The position numbers and the translations under genes are program-made. The notes under the pieces are model-generated. The model made no database searches, was not told the DNA's origin, and saw nothing but the letters and a program-made list of their open reading frames with translations. From positions 12,517 through 76,516 of the forward strand of contig DXLV01000005.1 in the NCBI GenBank assembly GCA_019414545.1: 64,000 nt of DNA. The letters are read 5' to 3'. The DNA comes from Collinsella sp. (GTDB lineage: Bacteria; Actinomycetota; Coriobacteriia; Coriobacteriales; Coriobacteriaceae). How positions within the stretch are numbered: position 1 is the first letter of the stretch; every line of letters starts with the position of its first letter. Shown here piece after piece: positions 1 through 9,706 of the stretch.

Positions 1-423
1 GAAAGCGATGCTGTCGCAATTTCTGGCGCAACCCAAGATTTTGATTTAACGAAAGGTCCCGAGCAGTCTCATCAAATCAAGCTTAAGGATGGGACCGTTG
101 CAGTAATAGGAATTAAAAAAACCAATGAGCCCAGCCTGATATGGGACAGTTACTACAACAATGCTTCTGGAACTTGGACTATCTATTACAACAGTCCTTT
201 TATTTATCGCGAATTCAAGATCAAGATTGCGAACTCGCTCATTACCAGCGCTTGGGGACAAAACTATACGACTATCGGCTGTACGGTAACAAACGAGTCC
301 TTTATATGGAACTCGAAACAGGCGACATATCGACTCAACTATGAATCGATGGGGATGGCGTCCGGTATCGCCGTGTTGCAAGCAACCATGGAAGGCAGCA
401 CGCTCCACACCTATGCAAACTAG
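1..423 (+). CDS. 5'-truncated (window edge) DUF5626-like secreted beta-rich protein
   Basis: Frame 1 is open from base 1 to TAG at 421-423 (not in the ORF track because its start lies outside the window): ...QDFDLTKGPEQSHQIKLKDGTVAVIGIKK...GTWTIYYNSPFIYREFKIKIANSLITSAW...KQATYRLNY..., a pattern I recognise as DUF5626-like. Confidence 0.6.
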   Translation, partial: ESDAVAISGATQDFDLTKGPEQSHQIKLKDGTVAVIGIKKTNEPSLIWDSYYNNASGTWTIYYNSPFIYREFKIKIANSLITSAWGQNYTTIGCTVTNESFIWNSKQATYRLNYESMGMASGIAVLQATMEGSTLHTYAN

Positions 424-447
424 ACTCACATCAATTGAGGAAGTTCG

Positions 448-552
448 ATGACCCCTATTCCTGCACACTCAGACATTACAATCGCTCTCGTTTTGATTCT
501 CATCGGAGTGGTTATTTGGCGTATCTGCAAATGGTTTAAAAACAAGAAATAG
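448..552 (+). CDS. 34-aa single-TM membrane peptide (MTPIPAHSDITIALVLILIGVVIWRICKWFKNKK)
   Basis: GAGGA RBS about 6 nt before the ATG; hydrophobic stretch followed by a Lys-rich tail; lies directly after the DUF5626-like gene. Confidence 0.6.
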   Translation: MTPIPAHSDITIALVLILIGVVIWRICKWFKNKK

Positions 553-755
553 TTGATAAAACGTATACATCATTTATGCGATGCTTGGGGCCGTTAAGTC
601 AGCCCCTATTTCTATAGCTTTTCAAGCAGCAGTCAGCCCATTTGGAAGTCGCAATGCCATTCATACGATTTCGGCCCTTTAAACCGCTTTCTATTGGTAG
701 GGACTCTTGCTGGTAAGGAGCGCTTACTAGATACAAACCTTGGCAATATATTGGG

Positions 756-1454
756 TTAGGCTGCGCTGGTTTCTTTGTATTCGAAGACTGGCTCTAGGAG
801 GTCTTCGATGTTGCAGTGTAGGGCTTTCGCCATATCCCTTACGGTTGTTACCGATGCTTCGTTGATGCTTCTCTGGCGTTGTTCGTACATTTGGATCGAG
901 CGGAGCGATACGCCCGATTCGTATGCCAAGTCTTGCTGGGTTTTCTTGAGCCTCTTTCTTGCTAGCGCCAGTTTGGTTTGACGAGGTGTTTTCTTCGCCA
1001 TATCGCAAACAAGACGCGCTACGCGTTCTTCCGAGGCTTCGTGCCAGGGGTAGTACAGGCTGCGCAGCACATCAAACGGAACGACATGCAACAGGTCTTC
1101 AAAAGAAACCCCTAGACGCCACTGCAGATACGCCAATATCCAGCCCGTCCAGTATTCCGGTGTCTTCTCAAATCGATAGGTCCGATCTGGCATCGACCCC
1201 GCCTGGTAGCCAGACCTTTCGGCAATAAGCGCGAATAGCTCAACGCCCGATTTTCCCGATACGACCCATGCGTTTCCACGTTCAAACTCACGAGCCACGC
1301 CGCTCAAACAAAAGAGTTCAGCGACTTCGGATCCTTCTGCTCCATAGTCGTTTACGGCGTAGTCAAAGCAGTCGCCAAGGTTGTTCATTGCGTCCTCGAG
1401 ATAACAGACGGGATATGTCCTACTCGGCCCACAATCCATTAACTCTGGGATCAT
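756..1454 (-). CDS. XRE-family helix-turn-helix protein with N-terminal extension
   Basis: C-terminal KLALARKRLKKTQQDLAYESGVSLRSIQMYEQRQRSINEAS...LHCNIEDLLE is a typical HTH_3/XRE domain. Confidence 0.85.
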   Translation of the reverse strand: MIPELMDCGPSRTYPVCYLEDAMNNLGDCFDYAVNDYGAEGSEVAELFCLSGVAREFERGNAWVVSGKSGVELFALIAERSGYQAGSMPDRTYRFEKTPEYWTGWILAYLQWRLGVSFEDLLHVVPFDVLRSLYYPWHEASEERVARLVCDMAKKTPRQTKLALARKRLKKTQQDLAYESGVSLRSIQMYEQRQRSINEASVTTVRDMAKALHCNIEDLLEPVFEYKETSAA

Positions 1455-1592
1455 TTAATCAACCTTCCCCGCCATTAAATCCTTAATGTAGACACCCTCA
1501 GGGTCGAACCCGTTTATGGTGTCCAAGTACTTACGCCGCGCGTTCTGCTCTCGCTCAAAACGCCTGGGATAATACTCGGAACCAATTGACAT
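1455..1592 (-). pseudogene. 45-aa ORF resembling the C-terminal tail of DUF3990-type proteins (probable remnant)
   Basis: MSIGSEYYPRRFEREQNARRKYLDTINGFDPEGVYIKDLMAGKVD; its stop abuts the start of the XRE gene. Resemblance recalled, not searched. Confidence 0.4.
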
Positions 1593-1633
1593 CACCTCAG
1601 TGATAGTTTACCAATAACTATCACTGAGGTGAT
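1591..1633. promoter_or_regulatory. Perfect 18-bp inverted repeat, each arm containing ATCAC-N4-GTGAT (candidate operator or terminator)
   Basis: ATCACCTCAGTGATAGTT-taccaat-AACTATCACTGAGGTGAT, between the engB stop and the XRE unit. Confidence 0.6.
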
Positions 1634-1666
1634 ATAGATAGGAGCTTTTGGTGAGCTAAAGCCTGA

Positions 1667-2257
1667 TTAGAGGCAGGCCTCGGCGATGCGGCGCTTGAGT
1701 TCGTCGATGCCGGTGCCGGTCTGGGAGCTTGTGATGATCACGTTCTCGGCCGGGACGTTGAGCTGCTTCTTGATGGCCGCTGCCTGACGGGCCTGCTGGG
1801 TGCGGCTGAGCTTGTCGGCCTTGGTGAGGCAGACGATAAAGTTGAACTCGTTGCCCTGTAGGTAGTCAATCATGTCGTGGTCGAGCTTGCTGGGGTCGTG
1901 ACGAATGTCCACCAGCGAGACGACCAAGTTAAAGCTGCGCTCGGAGTCGAAAAAGTCGCCGATAAGCTCGGCCCAGCGGTCGCGCTCGGCCTTGGAGCGA
2001 CGGGCAAAACCGTAGCCCGGCAGGTCGACAAAGTGCACGTCATCGGCTTCGAAGAAGTTGATGTTGCTCGTCTTGCCCGGCGTACTCGAAACCTTGACCA
2101 GGTTCTTGCGGCCAAAGAGCTTGTTCATAATCGACGACTTGCCCACGTTGGAGCGGCCCACAAAGCTCACCTCGGGACAGGTGGACTCGGGAATCTGCGA
2201 AACCTTGCCATAGCTGGCGACGAACTTGGCAAGCTGATAGTTAATGGAATCGGCCAT
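1667..2257 (-). CDS. engB: Ribosome biogenesis GTPase EngB/YihA/YsxC
   Basis: GRSNVGKSS, VSSTPGKT, DLPGYG, TKADK motifs. Confidence 0.97.
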   Translation of the reverse strand: MADSINYQLAKFVASYGKVSQIPESTCPEVSFVGRSNVGKSSIMNKLFGRKNLVKVSSTPGKTSNINFFEADDVHFVDLPGYGFARRSKAERDRWAELIGDFFDSERSFNLVVSLVDIRHDPSKLDHDMIDYLQGNEFNFIVCLTKADKLSRTQQARQAAAIKKQLNVPAENVIITSSQTGTGIDELKRRIAEACL

Positions 2258-2299
2258 GGATACTCCTTGGTCGTAGGTTCTTACAATATGGATGCACGA

Positions 2300-3097
2300 T
2301 TACGCAGCGGCAATGCGGCGGACGATATCGAGCGTAATGTCACTCGCCGTGCGGGCATACTCGTCCAGATCGAACTCGCGCTCGCAAAACGCGTCATACG
2401 CTTCATCACAATTATCGCTGATAGCACGCAGCACCAGACAATCGACACCGTTCTTGGCTGCAATATGCGCGATTGCCGCACCTTCCATCTCGACACAATC
2501 GGCATGCGTCGCCTCGATGGCGGCAGTGCGCATGGCATCACCCGTCACAAAGCGGTCGCCCGTAGCGATGGTGCCGTTCAGGAACTGTTTGGGGTCTTTC
2601 TCCGCAACTTCCGCATCCAACAATGCGTCCACAAACCCATGCTCGACAAGCACGGCGGTTGCAATATCAACCAGAGCCGGTGTCGAGGCAAATTCCTCAA
2701 GCTCCGGCGCCGACTCGGCGATGAGCGCCGTATCGGTATCCAGGTAGCGCAGACACCCGCCTATAACCACGTCGTTGATGTGGAGCTTGGGGTTCAGGCC
2801 GCCCGCAATGCCCGAGAACACAACGGCCTGCGGAGCATATTTGCTGATGAGATGCTGCGTTGCGGCAGCGGCATTAACGGTACCCATACCTGCCGTCGTT
2901 GCGACCACGGTCAAACCGTCAAGCTCACCGCTTACAACGGTCAAGCCCGCCTCTTGCGACATGTGAGCGCCGTTCAGTTCTTCTTTAATCTGCGCAACCT
3001 CTTTTTCGAGCGCACCGATGATTGCGATGGTAGGCACACCATCCCCCAAACCTGTGAAACTGCTTATCCACGGTATGGTACCAGCATTTTGGCTCAT
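2300..3097 (-). CDS. mtnN: 5'-methylthioadenosine/S-adenosylhomocysteine nucleosidase
   Basis: IIGALEKEV, GMGTVNAA, FSGIAGG, ATGDRFV, VEMEGAAIA, LRAISD motifs. Confidence 0.92.
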   Translation of the reverse strand: MSQNAGTIPWISSFTGLGDGVPTIAIIGALEKEVAQIKEELNGAHMSQEAGLTVVSGELDGLTVVATTAGMGTVNAAAATQHLISKYAPQAVVFSGIAGGLNPKLHINDVVIGGCLRYLDTDTALIAESAPELEEFASTPALVDIATAVLVEHGFVDALLDAEVAEKDPKQFLNGTIATGDRFVTGDAMRTAAIEATHADCVEMEGAAIAHIAAKNGVDCLVLRAISDNCDEAYDAFCEREFDLDEYARTASDITLDIVRRIAAA

Positions 3098-3115
3098 CCG
3101 CGCAATACGAAGCCG

Positions 3116-4234
3116 TTAGACCAGCGCGGCACGCGTATCGTAGAGGGCTCTGGCAATGGCGGCTACAACCTCACTCGAATGGTCACTCCATGGCATCGAT
3201 GTCATGATGCTCATAACGTAAGTGTCGCCGTTGACATCGATGAGACCCGCATCGCACGTCGCGTTGCAACCTGCCTCGCTGATCCAACCAGCCTTGTTGA
3301 GCACCAGAACCTGCTCGTCCGCAATGCCGTCACGGATAAACGATCGGGTCGTGGAGGCCAGAAGGCCCGACAGCCATTGCGATGTTTCGGTATCGCAGCT
3401 CAAATACTCGCTCATCTCGTGCCACAGCTTGGCTGAGGTGCGCGGGCAATAGGTGGGAAAATCACTCATCGGATCGAGCGCGGTATCGCAATCGATGCCA
3501 AGACTGACAATCCAATTCTCGTAACCGACACGGTCAAACGCCGCGCGTAACGCAATAAACGAATCGTTGTCCGAATTAACGACCGCGGCCTCGATCAGGT
3601 CGCGCACCGTCTGCCAGCCCATGTTGTAGCCACCATAGGTGCCAAGAGAATCATCGAGTGAGACCTGGCCCGTCTCGACCAGCGACTCGCAGATGTAGAG
3701 TACATAGAGCGCCTTATAACTGCTCGCACCGTACACCTCGGCGTCCGCGTTATACGTCACGCCCTTGCCGCTCGACAGATCGTAAAACACCACGCCCACA
3801 TCGCCCAATTCCTGGGCCTGATCAAGGGCATCTTGGAGCGCGGCGAGGCTCTCATCCTCCAGGGCGGGGATCTGGTCTTCAGCCAGTGAGAAGGTCTGCA
3901 CGGTATCGCCTGAGGGAATATCGTTAAAGTCCGCCTTCGAAAGCCTCATCTTGAGGCTCGCTGTCGACAGGGTTTGACTTGCGGTGGCTTTAGATTCAGA
4001 GACCTTTTTGTTTTGCATCTGTACCGTTGACGCATCTGGGTGCGCCATTCGCTCCGACGCGTAGGTTTTGGCGGTAATTCCGAGGATAATAACCGCCAAC
4101 GTTAGCATCCCAATGGCGGCAATCTTCACCCCGCGGATGCGAGCGTCTGCAAGGCCACGCGAAGACGTGCCCTTCGTCTCATATCTGCTGCCATGTTGCG
4201 GCACATACTCGTCCCGCGATGCGCCCTTTCGCAC
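3116..4234 (-). CDS. Membrane-anchored serine hydrolase, class A beta-lactamase-like fold
   Basis: N-terminal TM segment; SxxK (ASSYKA), SDN and KAG motifs. Confidence 0.85.
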   Translation of the reverse strand: MRKGASRDEYVPQHGSRYETKGTSSRGLADARIRGVKIAAIGMLTLAVIILGITAKTYASERMAHPDASTVQMQNKKVSESKATASQTLSTASLKMRLSKADFNDIPSGDTVQTFSLAEDQIPALEDESLAALQDALDQAQELGDVGVVFYDLSSGKGVTYNADAEVYGASSYKALYVLYICESLVETGQVSLDDSLGTYGGYNMGWQTVRDLIEAAVVNSDNDSFIALRAAFDRVGYENWIVSLGIDCDTALDPMSDFPTYCPRTSAKLWHEMSEYLSCDTETSQWLSGLLASTTRSFIRDGIADEQVLVLNKAGWISEAGCNATCDAGLIDVNGDTYVMSIMTSMPWSDHSSEVVAAIARALYDTRAALV

Positions 4235-4392
4235 GTGGTCTCCTGACTGCTACCATTCATATACGAGCAGCATAATACCGAGCAGGCATTTCTTACCGAA
4301 GACATTCAGTCGCGTTTAAGGTGTCTCTAAACAAAATACAGGCGTATCTATGCAAAAACACCGATTCTGTTGCGCATCTCCGCCCAAAACGC

Positions 4393-4459
4393 AGTTGCGG
4401 TGAAATAGTTCCTGTTTGGGCGGTATTAGCCGATAAACAGGAACTATTCCACCGCAACT
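4393..4459. repeat. Long imperfect hairpin
   Basis: AGTTGCGGTGAAATAGTTCCTGTTT ... AAACAGGAACTATTCCACCGCAACT. Confidence 0.7.
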
Positions 4460-4496
4460 TGACGGGGCTCTTTAGCAATCAACTAGGTGCCCGGGG

Positions 4497-4527
4497 GCAC
4501 TCATTTAAGTCTGTCCCCAATGAGTGC
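4497..4527. repeat. REP-like hairpin with CTGTCCCC loop (near-identical copy at 36622-36652)
   Basis: GCACTCATT-taagtctgtcccc-AATGAGTGC. Confidence 0.75.
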
Positions 4528-4529
4528 TG

Positions 4530-5348
4530 CTAGCCGATGGCGTTTTTGAGTTCCGCACGGCGCTTTTTCATGCCCGTCATGACTGCGTTGCGCAGCTCGG
4601 GCATGCGCGCGGTATCCATCTGAGGCACGCCCTCAAGCTTATAGGGAATCCCCAGCTGCTCATACTTGACGATGCCCATCGTGTGATACGGCAGCATCTC
4701 CAGGCCGACCACGTTATGCCACGGGGCGATCAGACGACCGAGCGCCTCGCACTCCTCCACCGTGTCGGTAATGCCCGGCACCACCACGTGACGGATAACG
4801 ACCTTGATCTTGCGACGCGCGAGCTCATCACCAAACGCCAGAATGCGTGCGGGATCGCAACCGGTCAGCTTCTTATGCTCGACGGGATCGGCGTGCTTAA
4901 TGTCGAGCAGCACCATATCGGTCTCGTTGAGCACAGCATCGAACTTCTCGGGGTGGTTGGGGTCAAACGCATATCCGCAGCTGTCAAGGCAGGTATGCAC
5001 GCGACCATCGGGGTTGTTGTGCATGGCGCGGAATAGGTCGGCCAAAAACTCGGGCTGCAGGAGCGGCTCACCGCCGGACACTGTAATACCACCGCTGCGG
5101 TAAAACTCATGGTTGCTCTGGAACTCGTCCATCAGGTGCTCGACGGTCACCATGGTGCCGCCGTTAACCGACCAGGTATCGGGGTTGTGGCAATACGCAC
5201 AGCGCATGGGGCAGCCCTGAACAAACACCACAAAGCGGATGCCGGGTCCATCGACCGTTCCCATCGTCTCAATCGAATGCACGCGGCCCAGGGCAAACGC
5301 GGAGTCCTCAGGACGAGCGTCCACACCCTCGAGCGTCATCTCAGCCAT
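4530..5348 (-). CDS. pflA: Pyruvate formate-lyase activating enzyme (radical SAM)
   Basis: HSIETMGTVDGPGIRFVVFVQGCPMRCAYCHNPDTW, SGGEPLLQ, LPYHTMG motifs; start codon approximate. Confidence 0.96.
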   Translation of the reverse strand: MAEMTLEGVDARPEDSAFALGRVHSIETMGTVDGPGIRFVVFVQGCPMRCAYCHNPDTWSVNGGTMVTVEHLMDEFQSNHEFYRSGGITVSGGEPLLQPEFLADLFRAMHNNPDGRVHTCLDSCGYAFDPNHPEKFDAVLNETDMVLLDIKHADPVEHKKLTGCDPARILAFGDELARRKIKVVIRHVVVPGITDTVEECEALGRLIAPWHNVVGLEMLPYHTMGIVKYEQLGIPYKLEGVPQMDTARMPELRNAVMTGMKKRRAELKNAIG

Positions 5349-5534
5349 TCCCGCTACCTTGCCTCTCATTGGTTTTAGCTACATAAATGCCAGAGTCATT
5401 CTAGCCTATATGCTTGATGGCGAAACGGTTTAGCGGTCAATTGGATTGTCCTATTTGGCCCCATGCAAAAGCGGCAGGAAGGTTGTCGCAACCCGCCCGC
5501 CGCCGAGGCAATAGAAATCGATAGACGCCAGGCG

Positions 5535-6389
5535 TTACGCCTTGAGCGTGAGCACCGCGCCAAAGGCGGTCGGGCCGCAATGGCTCGAGATGACGCCGCC
5601 GACCTGAGTCCAGGTAACGTCCTTAAAGCCCAGGTCGTGCGCATAGACTTCCATGTCGTCGCGCAGCTCCTCGGAAAGGCCTACCGAATACGCCAGGCCA
5701 ATGTGCGAGTAGTCAATCTCGCCCTTCGCAACCATGTGGTCGATAAAGGCGCGGGCGCACTTGAGCATAGAGCCGCGGAACTTCTTGGTTGCCACGAACT
5801 TACCGCCCGTTACCTCAATGCAGGGCTTAATCTTGAGCAGGTGGGCGCCAAGGAATGCCACGTTGGACAGACGACCGCCCGCCTTAAGAAAGGCCAGATC
5901 GGTGGGAACAAAGCCCAGCAGCACGCGGTCCATGACGGAGTTCGTAAATGCAAAGATCTCGTCGACGGTGGCATCGGGGTGAGCCTCGATATATTTGGCG
6001 GTCTCGACGGCAACGAGCGACTGGCCCACCGAGACAAAACGCGTATCCATGGAGAATACGTAGTCGCGGCCCTTAGCCGCAATCTTGGAGGACTGATGTG
6101 AGCAGGTCGTGGCCTCGGAATACGCGAGATGCAGAATAGTCGCGTCGGGCTGCTCGGCATGGATACGGTCATACACGTGAGCAAAATCCGCAGGCGCGCA
6201 GCCACTCGTCTTAGGCATAACACCGAGCTCGTTGCAGCGCGAGTAAATCTCGAGCGGATCGATTGAACCATCTTCAACGGTCTCGTCACCAACTGTGACG
6301 TGCATGGGCACGCGCACGATGCCGTAGCGCTCGCAGAGCTCCGGCGTCACATCCGACCCAGACTCAACCACGATTACGTACTTGCCCAT
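5535..6389 (-). CDS. DegV family fatty-acid-binding protein
   Basis: IVVESGSDV, PKTSGC, DLAFLKAGGRLS, LKIKPCI, ISSHCGP motifs; start placed at MGKYVIV. Confidence 0.9.
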   Translation of the reverse strand: MGKYVIVVESGSDVTPELCERYGIVRVPMHVTVGDETVEDGSIDPLEIYSRCNELGVMPKTSGCAPADFAHVYDRIHAEQPDATILHLAYSEATTCSHQSSKIAAKGRDYVFSMDTRFVSVGQSLVAVETAKYIEAHPDATVDEIFAFTNSVMDRVLLGFVPTDLAFLKAGGRLSNVAFLGAHLLKIKPCIEVTGGKFVATKKFRGSMLKCARAFIDHMVAKGEIDYSHIGLAYSVGLSEELRDDMEVYAHDLGFKDVTWTQVGGVISSHCGPTAFGAVLTLKA

Positions 6390-6665
6390 TATTATCACGA
6401 CCCATCTCGACATTGGCTTTTCAATACATGGCACGCGCCGCCGCACTGTTGCACAACGGCGGCAGAGCGCCAAAGAGACGCCGCCCCTTGCACACAACAA
6501 AGGACAGCGTCTCCCTGGAAAACTCCGTGCTTATTTAGGATTCTACACGGTTTGCAACAATGTGTTACTTACTCCGCAAACGGTAGCTATACACGATAAA
6601 CGGTAGTTCGCTGCGGCAACTGCGACACATTCCGCCCGGCAAGTCCAATCGTGCTCCACGCACGG

Positions 6666-8108
6666 TTAATGCGCGAGGCGGTAGAAATCCATCGACGCCG
6701 CACCCTCGGCATGCAACCCCATCGCCGAAACCGCCGGCGAATAGGTACGGCTCGTAAGTGCTGCCTCGCCGCCGTTGGCAAAAATCTCGACCATCGTAGT
6801 GTCCGAAAGCACGCGCAGGTCGCGAAGCTCGCTGAGCTCAATCGACCTCCGGTCTCGCCCATAGCCTTCATTACCCATATCGAGGGTAAGCATCCCCTCC
6901 GCATAACGCACAAAGACACCCTTGCGGATTTCGAGCTCGACCATCTTGGCGCCCTCACAGGAAACCACAAGATCAAACAGGCGGCCCGGCTCCTCGACTG
7001 TCTCTCCGCCTACAGCACGAACGCAGCCGCCGCGCATCCTCTCAATCTCGTGCGCCGGCTGCTGGCAGAGCTTACCATCGCGCATGCTCAGCTCTCGCGG
7101 CACCGTCAACGCGCACTGCCACCCGCGCGCCACCGTCGGGTTTTCCGCCGTCGCATCGGGGCAACCCGACCATCCGATCATCAATCGCCGGCCTGCAGCA
7201 TCCTCAAAGGACTGCGGAGCATAGAAATCAAAACCGGCATCGACCATCGGGGGCATGCCCTGCCCGACGATTTTAAAGCTCGGCGCCTCCCAATCGGCCT
7301 CGATGGGAAACCACACGCACTGATGCGGATTGCGGTAACGCCAACCATCGGCAGGCACACCCTGCGGACAGCAAACGAGAATAAGCTCGCCATCGAGCTC
7401 AAACAGATCGGGGCACTCCCACATAAAGCCAAACTTCTCGCCCAACTCAATGCGCGTCGCATAGCTCCAGTCCTCAAGATTGCGCGAGGTATAGACAAGC
7501 ACGCAGCCACGGTCGTCTTTCGTACGAGCGCCCAGAACCATGTAGTAGATACCATCGTGCTCAAGGATCTTGGGGTCGCGCACGTGCGTACCGATATCGT
7601 CGGGGTAATCGACCGGTCCAACAGCTATGCGCTTCTCGCCCAATTCGTCGGGGTTCTCCGCAACCATATGAATCTGGTTTTGCTCACGACCCGTCAACAC
7701 GTAGTCGTAATCATCGCGATCAAAATGCTTGACGTTGCCGGTATAGAAGTAGTGAATCTTGCCATCACGTACAAAGGCAGAACCAGAATACGCTCCGTTC
7801 GAATCCAAATCGGAATCGGGGAACAGCGCGGGGCCGCGATTCTCGTACGTCACAAAATCCTTTGTCGTCAGATGGTTCCAAAGCACTGGACCGCCATGCG
7901 CAGCATCGAACGGATCGTATTGATGATAGATGTGATACGTATCACCAATCTGAACCAAACCGTTGGGGTCGTTGAGCCAGCCAAGCTCAGGCTCCACATG
8001 GAACAGGAGCCTATCGGGGTCGGACGCGATGCGACCCGCCGTCTCATCCTGTCCGGCACGCCACTGCTCATAGTCCGCGCGTGTCACCTTATTTTTTTGA
8101 TTAAACAT
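6666..8108 (-). CDS. scrB: GH32 sucrose-6-phosphate hydrolase
   Basis: GWLNDPNG, YSGSA, RDP, MWECPD, FDFYAPQSF motifs; downstream of a sucrose-type PTS gene. Confidence 0.92.
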   Translation of the reverse strand: MFNQKNKVTRADYEQWRAGQDETAGRIASDPDRLLFHVEPELGWLNDPNGLVQIGDTYHIYHQYDPFDAAHGGPVLWNHLTTKDFVTYENRGPALFPDSDLDSNGAYSGSAFVRDGKIHYFYTGNVKHFDRDDYDYVLTGREQNQIHMVAENPDELGEKRIAVGPVDYPDDIGTHVRDPKILEHDGIYYMVLGARTKDDRGCVLVYTSRNLEDWSYATRIELGEKFGFMWECPDLFELDGELILVCCPQGVPADGWRYRNPHQCVWFPIEADWEAPSFKIVGQGMPPMVDAGFDFYAPQSFEDAAGRRLMIGWSGCPDATAENPTVARGWQCALTVPRELSMRDGKLCQQPAHEIERMRGGCVRAVGGETVEEPGRLFDLVVSCEGAKMVELEIRKGVFVRYAEGMLTLDMGNEGYGRDRRSIELSELRDLRVLSDTTMVEIFANGGEAALTSRTYSPAVSAMGLHAEGAASMDFYRLAH

Positions 8109-8132
8109 CGCCGTTGACTTTCTCGTCTATGG

Positions 8133-8170
8133 GGAAGGACGCTCGACTCACACGAGTCGAACGCCCTTCC
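8133..8170. terminator. Intergenic stem-loop between the PTS gene and scrB
   Basis: GGAAGGACGCTCGACTC-acac-GAGTCGAACGCCCTTCC imperfect hairpin. Confidence 0.5.
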
Positions 8171-8209
8171 TCAAATGGACTTATCCTCAGATTACACTGA
8201 ACGGCTCAA

Positions 8210-9661
8210 CTAGAAGCTAACGTCGAAGCCAGCGCCAGCGCCCTCTTCATCGGTGGTCGGCACGCCCTTTGCCTTGTTGTAGGCAAAGATCAAGACGATT
8301 GGCACGATAAAGGCGATGAGATTGCCAGCCACATACCACACGAGGGTCTCGGGCGTGACGATGAGCAGGCCAAGCACGCCGGTCAGACCCTGACCGATAG
8401 CGCGCACCTCAAAGAGCTTGACGAAGGCACCGCCGCAGCCTGCACCGATGCATGCGCAGATGAACGGAATGATCGAATAGCGCATGTTTGCAGCAAAGAT
8501 AGCGGGCTCGGAGATTCCGACCAGCGTCGGGATAAAGGACGACATGCAGATGTTGCGCTCTTTGGAGTGCTTCTTGTGAATGAGGTACATACCGATGGCG
8601 CCGCCGCCCTGGGCGATGATGGAAACCGACCAGATGGCCTGGATGTAGTTGAAGCCAGTCGTGGCAACAAGGTTTGCCTCGATACCCTGGATGAACTGAT
8701 GCGTACCGGTAACGACGAGCGGCTGCAGGAACGCGGCGAAGACAAAGGCACCAAAGACGCCCATCCTGTTGTACAGGATATCGATTACGCCGGCGAGGAC
8801 GTCACCGATCAGGTTACCGAGCGGGCCGAACACGGTGAACAGGGCGACGTTAGCAAGAATCAGGGTAACGGTCGGGACAAAGACGAACGAAACGACCTCG
8901 GGGATGTACTTCTGGGCAATCTTTTCGACCTTGGCCATAAACCAGGCGGTCAGAATTGCAGGGAACACGCCGCCCTGGAAAGCAACCATGGGAATGGAGA
9001 GCGGACCAAAGTTCCAGTACTCAGCACCCGTCGGGTCCATAACGAACGTGTTGCGGTTCATAAGGCTCGGGTGAACCATGACGATACCGACGAGGATGCC
9101 CAGGATCGGGTTACCGCCAAAACGCTTGACTGCGCTGTACATAACCAGGACAGGCAGGTAGTCGAACGTGGTGGCGATAATGGCAAAGAAGCTTGCGAGG
9201 TTCTTGAGGAACTCGCTGTGATCGGCGAGGCTGCCCTCCATGCCAAAGAGGCCGTTGGCAACGATCAGCGACTTAAGGCCGATGATGATTGCAGCGCCGA
9301 CGAAGGCGGGAATGATGGGGATAAAGATGTCCGAGAATACCTTGAGGACCGAGAAGAACTTGCCCTTCTTGTCCGCCTCGGCGCCCTTGACCTCGGAAGC
9401 GCTGATCTCCTTAACGCCCGTCAGAGCCATAAACTCATCGTAAACCTTGTTGACGGTACCGGTGCCGAAGATGATCATGAGCTGGCCGCTGTTGTACAGC
9501 ACGCCCTTGACGCCATCGATGTTCTCGAGCTCGGCCTTGTTGTATTTGCTCGTATCCTTGAGCACCAGACGCAGACGGGTCACGCAATGCGTGGCGCCCT
9601 CGATGTTCTCCAGTCCGCCGACGTTGTCGACGACTTGCTGGGACACTGCCTTGTAGTCCAT
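8210..9661 (-). CDS. scrA: PTS sucrose-type EIIBC (no IIA domain)
   Basis: ATHCVTRLRLVLKD IIB motif with Cys, VVTGTHQ, GISEPAIF; multiple TM segments. Confidence 0.9.
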   Translation of the reverse strand: MDYKAVSQQVVDNVGGLENIEGATHCVTRLRLVLKDTSKYNKAELENIDGVKGVLYNSGQLMIIFGTGTVNKVYDEFMALTGVKEISASEVKGAEADKKGKFFSVLKVFSDIFIPIIPAFVGAAIIIGLKSLIVANGLFGMEGSLADHSEFLKNLASFFAIIATTFDYLPVLVMYSAVKRFGGNPILGILVGIVMVHPSLMNRNTFVMDPTGAEYWNFGPLSIPMVAFQGGVFPAILTAWFMAKVEKIAQKYIPEVVSFVFVPTVTLILANVALFTVFGPLGNLIGDVLAGVIDILYNRMGVFGAFVFAAFLQPLVVTGTHQFIQGIEANLVATTGFNYIQAIWSVSIIAQGGGAIGMYLIHKKHSKERNICMSSFIPTLVGISEPAIFAANMRYSIIPFICACIGAGCGGAFVKLFEVRAIGQGLTGVLGLLIVTPETLVWYVAGNLIAFIVPIVLIFAYNKAKGVPTTDEEGAGAGFDVSF

Positions 9662-9706
9662 GTTCCTCTCCATTCCTTTTCTAAATCATAAAACGGTTCG
9701 TTGCCG

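Noticed and set aside
3116..4234. Beta-lactam resistance gene
   Set aside because: It has SxxK/SDN/KxG motifs but is membrane-anchored and in a housekeeping context; the motifs alone do not support beta-lactamase activity.
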